DNA from: Bacteroidia bacterium
GTDB taxonomy: Bacteria > Bacteroidota > Bacteroidia > JABDFU01
Assembly (NCBI GenBank): GCA_016787005.1
Contig: JAEUTS010000295.1
Coordinates: 1-47,766, forward strand
Length of the DNA stretch: 47,766 bases
Reading direction: 5' to 3'
Positions within the stretch are counted from its first letter, which is position 1, and every line of letters begins with the position of its first letter. Under the pieces are notes generated by a model. That model saw nothing but the letters and a program-made list of their open reading frames with translations. It was not told the origin of the DNA and made no database searches. Both the position numbers and the translations under genes were made by a program. This document shows positions 43,534 to 47,766 of this stretch, piece after piece.

Positions 43534-44214
43534 ATGTTAAAAATAACTATTCTCGTACTCACAACAATAAATGCCTTTTTAGGCATAGATAAAAAACGAT
43601 GGAAAGAGCAAAAGAAGAGATCTTTTGCTATTGCCTTTTTACTTATTCTAATATTTATTTGCATGTGGGCTGAAAATAATAACGAAAAAGGCGAATCATT
43701 AAAAAAAGAAGCCCATCAAACATTATTAGATTTTAGGGATAGTATATATAAATCAAATACTGAAACAAAATTGAGCGAGATTAAAAAAAAGCTGAGCGAT
43801 GCACTAAAACAACATATTCGTGACAGTATTAGTATATCCATATTTGGGAATATTGTAAATCAAAGGGGGCAAGCAAATTTTTCAAATATAGGCAGCCAGA
43901 TAAATGGAAATCAGGTTGGAAAATTGGAAATAAAAAATGAAAGAGAACTTCAGGAAGATGATAAGAAATCAATACTAAATAAAATAGAAGCAATTAAATA
44001 TCTATATAAGATTAAAACAAATAATGTGGGATTATATATTACTCCAGAAAGTAATGGTGGTAAGTTTTTTACTCAACTGGATGAGTATTTGCAAAGGAAA
44101 GGATACTCAATTGTTGATAGATGGCCAGTTATGAATAAAGATATTATTTTAAGGGGTGTTGATGTTGGGTATAGAAACGGGGTTATTGCCGTAACTATTG
44201 GTGTTTTAAATTAA
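43534..44214 (+). CDS. Hypothetical 2-TM membrane protein with coiled-coil and small C-terminal domain
   Basis: Two N-terminal hydrophobic segments (ITILVLTTINAFLGI and FAIAFLLILIFICMWA), then a Lys/Glu-rich helical region. No family recognised. Confidence 0.5.
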   Translation: MLKITILVLTTINAFLGIDKKRWKEQKKRSFAIAFLLILIFICMWAENNNEKGESLKKEAHQTLLDFRDSIYKSNTETKLSEIKKKLSDALKQHIRDSISISIFGNIVNQRGQANFSNIGSQINGNQVGKLEIKNERELQEDDKKSILNKIEAIKYLYKIKTNNVGLYITPESNGGKFFTQLDEYLQRKGYSIVDRWPVMNKDIILRGVDVGYRNGVIAVTIGVLN

Positions 44215-44233
44215 TCGGAAATGATGAGAGGTG

Positions 44234-44260
44234 CCCCGCTGGTCGAGAGCTGATGCTGGT
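44234..44260 (+). repeat. 27-bp direct repeat, copy 1
   Basis: ccccgctggtcgagagctgatgctggt, 25/27 identical to copy 2 at 45384-45410. Confidence 0.7.
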
Positions 44261-44311
44261 TATGTATTTATGATAAATTCTGTTTTGAAAAGTAAATCTG
44301 AATAGTGATTG

Positions 44312-45358
44312 ATGAGTAATTCCTTTTTAAAAGCAAGGTTTCGTGCAAATATTGGCAATATACAACCGTATAGACTCATCCTTTTAGGCTGTTTGTTTTT
44401 ATTCTCGGTTCTGCTTTTTGCACAAAACACGAACGATAATTTGAATAGGTATAATTCAAAGAAACAAAAAGACGGGTATTGGCTTAGCTATCTCGATTCA
44501 AATTTCAATAAAACCGAAAGGAGTAATGCCAAATATTACAGGTATGATTATTACTGCAATGGCAAACCTAAAGTGGGTAATTCACATAAAACGAAAAGAA
44601 ATCTTAATACTAAAATTGTATACAAGCCCAACTTTGTAGATCCAATAAATGAATATCCAATTTTATTGAATGGGGATGTTTTTTATTATGATAAACAGGA
44701 CACATTGGTAGGTTACGAAAGTTATAAAAATGGAAGGCCCTCCGTTTTTAAGGATATTTATTGCTTCCCTAATCATAATCCTTTAAAAAAGTCATCGCTT
44801 GATGTTTTTTATTTTGACAGTGCTTGTGGCAACAATCTACGAGCGGTTTTATATTATCAAATTCATAATGGGATTCCCTTGTATAAAGAGTGTTATGAAG
44901 CTGAACTGAAATATTTCAATAGAGTATATTTTGTTAAACATAAAGAGTTTAAAAGTATAAATGGAGTTCGCTTGGGTTATGCCTATCAATCAAGAAATTT
45001 TTTTGAAATCGGATATTCTGAAAAATACAACAAAGGTGTTTATATTGACTCAATACACAATAAACTGTATGACAATTTTTCCTTTCCGGGATTTACTGTA
45101 TCATTTCTGGCAAGTTGGATTAAGAATAAGACATACTTCGGACAGAAATTCGTTTATTCCTATACTTTTTATTTGATAAATTCCGAAGTTGGCCTGGTAA
45201 ACTACACTAACCTTAAAAGGTATGACTACAGAGTAATTCTCGGAATGGGACCTTCATTATTTGGAAGATTTAGTTTTATGTATCATTATTCCATTCCATT
45301 GGTAAGTGATCCATTTGCAGACATTTCGAAGCATTCATTTAGTGTAGTTTTGTATTAA
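44312..45358 (+). CDS. Hypothetical secreted protein (signal peptide, YwqK/MORN-like KDGYW element, aromatic beta-rich C-terminal half)
   Basis: Signal-like LILLGCLFLFSVLLFAQ. I chose the ATG at 44312 over the TTG at 44309. The Tyr/Phe-rich alternating C-terminal third suggests a beta-barrel or beta-sandwich. Confidence 0.5.
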   Translation: MSNSFLKARFRANIGNIQPYRLILLGCLFLFSVLLFAQNTNDNLNRYNSKKQKDGYWLSYLDSNFNKTERSNAKYYRYDYYCNGKPKVGNSHKTKRNLNTKIVYKPNFVDPINEYPILLNGDVFYYDKQDTLVGYESYKNGRPSVFKDIYCFPNHNPLKKSSLDVFYFDSACGNNLRAVLYYQIHNGIPLYKECYEAELKYFNRVYFVKHKEFKSINGVRLGYAYQSRNFFEIGYSEKYNKGVYIDSIHNKLYDNFSFPGFTVSFLASWIKNKTYFGQKFVYSYTFYLINSEVGLVNYTNLKRYDYRVILGMGPSLFGRFSFMYHYSIPLVSDPFADISKHSFSVVLY

Positions 45359-45383
45359 TTCTTTGTTGGTCAGGTTATTTATC

Positions 45384-45410
45384 CCCCGCTGATCGAGAGT
45401 TGATGCTGGT
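45384..45410 (+). repeat. 27-bp direct repeat, copy 2
   Basis: ccccgctgatcgagagttgatgctggt. It is followed by a local hairpin, ggtcag-N11-ctgacc, at 45408-45430. Confidence 0.7.
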
Positions 45411-45580
45411 CAGTGGCATTTGCCCTGACCTAGTGGAATTTATAAGGCCAGCAGGTTACCCTCCAAAAAATAATTTTAAATTAACAGGCAATAATTGTTT
45501 GAATGTGATTTCATTACTGAAAGGTTGTAAATTTGTAATGTTGTAACGCTGTAAAGGTCGGGGCAAATGCCACCTAACAA

Positions 45581-45588
45581 TACGTTTG
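45581..45588 (+). promoter_or_regulatory. Candidate -7 box TAcgTTTG
   Basis: 41 nt upstream of the ATG at 45629. A second match, taaatttg, lies at 45528-45535. Confidence 0.35.
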
Positions 45589-45628
45589 TGTAAGAGTTGA
45601 CTATCGGGGTTATTTTTAGCAAGGAAAT

Positions 45629-47182
45629 ATGAAAAATACAAATGCAACACTTTTATTAACATTAGCTATCGTTGCAAGGCTGATTGCACAACCATGCGGT
45701 GTTGCGCAATCATTGAGTGGAGTTCAGAAATCTAAAATAAATGCCATTATTAGTCCCCTGGATACGGCATTGAAATATGAGGACTTATTTCATATTGATT
45801 CTTTAAGCGCTGAATTGAAAAGTGTTTATTCAACACAAGCAGGACGGCCCGATGGTGTTGAAAGCTATTATTCTTTAGTTTCAACAACTACCTGGTTAAA
45901 CTTAGCAAATGCTGCAACCCTTTCGAGGAAGTTAATCGCAAATGATAGCATGGTTTATGTTGAGTTGTGGAAACTTGCAAAGGGGAGATCTCATTTGCTT
46001 TCCTATCAGCCCAATTCCATTCCATTACGCTACTCAGCCGAAATTGCTGCGGGTCTTCTGAAAATTGCAGATAAGGAAACTGACTTAATGAGAAAATCGA
46101 TTTACCAATTTTGGGCGACAAGAGCTCTCGACACTTTGGCAACGATGCAATTGCCCAATGGGGCATTCCCGTTTCCCGATCTCAGAGCGTACGGCGATCC
46201 TGTTTTTACTCCTATTCTAAAAAATTTTATTGTTTCCTGCGGAGCCGATTCGGTAAATGTTTTAAAGAGCGGATGGATAGTTGATGATAAAGGCATGGGC
46301 GAATTTAAATTTGATGCTGGTGTAATAGCGAATGCTTATTACGAAGCTTATAATTATACCGGAAAATCGGTGTATAAAACCATAGCAGTCGCGGTTGGAA
46401 ACTATTTAAAGCCATTAAAATTCAACCTTAATTATAACTACAACACCTTTGTTTCATTAGGACTTACAAGGGCTTTTCAATTAACTGCGGACAATTCTTT
46501 TTTAGACAGAGCCATCAGGAATCTGAGGTATGCTGTTTCTCCCGGTCAAATTTTGAACGGAAGATGGGTTGACGGACACAATGCCAACTCGAAATACCAC
46601 AGTATTATCGTTCAAAATATTGTTTCGACCATTCAATTGATTCCGGGTTCATCTGGATTCAAAGGCTGTATTGATACAATGACCAGCAGGGCAGTTAAAA
46701 ATATGACAGACTATTCTTACACCTGCGGTTCGGCCACAGGTTACAGATGGCTGATAAAAGCCTATGGACTTAGTGCCACGTTATTGCCGCAAACATTAAA
46801 AGATTCAATAACAGATCTGATCGGTCAACATATTAATCAATCTGTAATAAATGGGAAATACCTTGATGTTCCAACCATTGGTGATTATATAGAGTTGCTT
46901 GGTTTGCTATCAGGAAGTAACGCTATAAGTTTGCCAATTGCACCGGCTTTAACTGTTTATCCAAATCCCTCGAACGGTTCGTTTGCAATCGACATTAACC
47001 GGTTAATGAATATAAAAGAATTATATATCACAGATATATTTGGAAATATTTTGCTTCATCAGCATAATGTTGAAGAAAAGATAAATATTCATGATTTATC
47101 GGATGGCGTTTATATCCTCACTATTGTAGATGAAAGTAATAAAGCCACAATTATTAAATTAGTTAGCCATTGTGAACGATGA
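45629..47182 (+). CDS. T9SS-secreted protein of unknown function (type-A C-terminal sorting domain)
   Basis: Signal peptide KNTNATLLLTLAIVARLIAQ. C-terminal LTVYPNPSNGSFAIDI...ITDIFGNIL...LSDGVYILTIVDE is a T9SS CTD. The body is helical-repeat-like and I did not recognise it. Confidence 0.75.
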   Translation: MKNTNATLLLTLAIVARLIAQPCGVAQSLSGVQKSKINAIISPLDTALKYEDLFHIDSLSAELKSVYSTQAGRPDGVESYYSLVSTTTWLNLANAATLSRKLIANDSMVYVELWKLAKGRSHLLSYQPNSIPLRYSAEIAAGLLKIADKETDLMRKSIYQFWATRALDTLATMQLPNGAFPFPDLRAYGDPVFTPILKNFIVSCGADSVNVLKSGWIVDDKGMGEFKFDAGVIANAYYEAYNYTGKSVYKTIAVAVGNYLKPLKFNLNYNYNTFVSLGLTRAFQLTADNSFLDRAIRNLRYAVSPGQILNGRWVDGHNANSKYHSIIVQNIVSTIQLIPGSSGFKGCIDTMTSRAVKNMTDYSYTCGSATGYRWLIKAYGLSATLLPQTLKDSITDLIGQHINQSVINGKYLDVPTIGDYIELLGLLSGSNAISLPIAPALTVYPNPSNGSFAIDINRLMNIKELYITDIFGNILLHQHNVEEKINIHDLSDGVYILTIVDESNKATIIKLVSHCER

Positions 47183-47248
47183 GTATAATTATTGATCTCT
47201 AATATCCAAATGGTTATCAGATTTGCCGGACGGAATCATCAGTACAAT

Positions 47249-47650
47249 TTACTTCTCTCCTGTAAAAACCGGGTCACCTTTTAATGGAGCGATATCTTCT
47301 CTGAATTTATCGATAATATTCTTCTCGTCAATAGTTACAGGAGTCTTAGCAGAGGCTATCTGCTGAAGAATGTCAACAAAATCTTTTTTCTTTTTTTCGG
47401 TCAGATAATATTCATTCAGTTTCATTTCACGCATTGCCCATTCATACGCAGTATTCACTTTTGTATGGTCTTTTGCGAGTATCTGGAATATGATCTCGGA
47501 ATAATCAAAATCAATATTATGATTGTTGAACTTCTCCACAAGTAGTTTATGAAGAGCGGTCCGTTCTACCTGCTGTATAGCTCCGTCAGCAGCAGCTACG
47601 GCATAAGCCAATTGGCCGAAAGCATAATATAGCCCCTGAATATTATCCAT
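47249..47650 (-). CDS. TerB-like (tellurite-resistance TerB / DjlA-N fold) small protein
   Basis: GLYYAFGQLAYAVAAADGAIQQVERTALHKLL resembles the TerB-domain helix pattern. Weak recognition by eye. Confidence 0.5.
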   Translation of the reverse strand: MDNIQGLYYAFGQLAYAVAAADGAIQQVERTALHKLLVEKFNNHNIDFDYSEIIFQILAKDHTKVNTAYEWAMREMKLNEYYLTEKKKKDFVDILQQIASAKTPVTIDEKNIIDKFREDIAPLKGDPVFTGEK

Positions 47651-47655
47651 TTTAT

Positions 47656-47766
47656 TTAAGTTTTGGTTTTATTCAATATTAATACAATTCCGCCAATTAA
47701 AATCATTACAACGATTAAAAGTCCTCCGGCCAGATTGTGCCCGGTTGAAAATGCATTCCATAAGCC
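47656..47766 (-). CDS. 3' end of a small membrane-protein ORF entering from the right edge
   Basis: Hand translation of the minus strand gives ...GLWNAFSTGHNLAGGLLIVVMILIGGIVLILNKTKT*. The stop lies 5 nt before the TerB-like ATG. Partial, so weak. Confidence 0.3.
   Translation of the reverse strand, partial: GLWNAFSTGHNLAGGLLIVVMILIGGIVLILNKTKT

Noticed and set aside
44234-45410. Integron-type gene cassette with attC sites
   Set aside because: The 27-bp repeats are direct, not the imperfect palindromes of attC. I found no GTTRRRY core sites at the junctions and no intI-like gene.
45456-45662. 68-aa minus-strand ORF in the intergenic region before the second T9SS gene
   Set aside because: It spans the spacer between inverted-repeat arms and overlaps the start of the 517-aa gene in antisense. 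It has no recognisable features and is most likely a chance ORF in AT-rich DNA.
1-47766. Search for CRISPR arrays, tRNA/rRNA genes, transposases and integrases
   Set aside because: I saw no regularly spaced direct repeats, no tRNA-like T-arm or acceptor patterns in the intergenic regions I read, and no DDE or tyrosine-recombinase-like ORFs. A covariance-model scan (tRNAscan, Infernal) would be needed to exclude small ncRNAs formally.

Overview
This looks like a low-GC chromosomal segment from a Bacteroidota-type organism. The evidence is two T9SS C-terminal sorting domains, SprB-type repeats, recurring TAnnTTTG -7 promoter boxes and near-absence of Shine-Dalgarno sites.

Layout:
- 1-23.4 kb: a dense, AT-rich surface-glycan island with three parts.
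  (i) A minus-strand 12-gene pseudaminic-acid (Pse) operon. PseG, PseI and PseF are recognisable. It also carries acetimidoyl (WbuX/HisH/HisF-like), formyl and methyl tailoring genes, a dehydrogenase/aminotransferase pair and an orphan GT-B-like protein. It runs off the left edge.
  (ii) A divergent plus-strand 8-gene operon with Arn-pathway logic (UXS/ArnA-C-like decarboxylase, DegT aminotransferase, GT2, GT-C membrane transferase). It has an N-acetyltransferase, a C-methyltransferase, a cupin and another methyltransferase in place of the Arn formyltransferase and deformylase.
  (iii) A convergent second module: a 662-aa polytopic membrane protein, GT2, SDR and methyltransferase.
- 23.4-32.2 kb: a 1077-aa LamG/PKD T9SS cargo protein, a higBA toxin-antitoxin pair, a 146-bp MITE-like palindromic element with an 8-bp flanking duplication, an M42-like peptidase, an ECF-type sigma factor with a rare strong SD, and a Thr/Gly-rich SprB-repeat protein.
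- 32.3-42.4 kb: a transmembrane patatin-like phospholipase, ftcD-hutI, an outer-membrane-like hypothetical, aroC and an AsmA-family protein.
- 42.4-45.6 kb: a visibly AT-richer three-gene islet (Zn-ribbon-DUF4145 protein, 2-TM protein, secreted or OM-like protein) punctuated by a 27-bp direct repeat pair and an 18-bp inverted repeat.
- 45.6-47.8 kb: a second T9SS cargo protein, a TerB-like protein and a partial small membrane ORF.

I recognised no rRNA, tRNA, CRISPR array, transposase or integrase. All family assignments are motif recognition by eye, not database searches. The most interesting candidates are the Arn-like branched amino-sugar pathway, the multiply tailored Pse operon and the DUF4145 + 2-TM islet.
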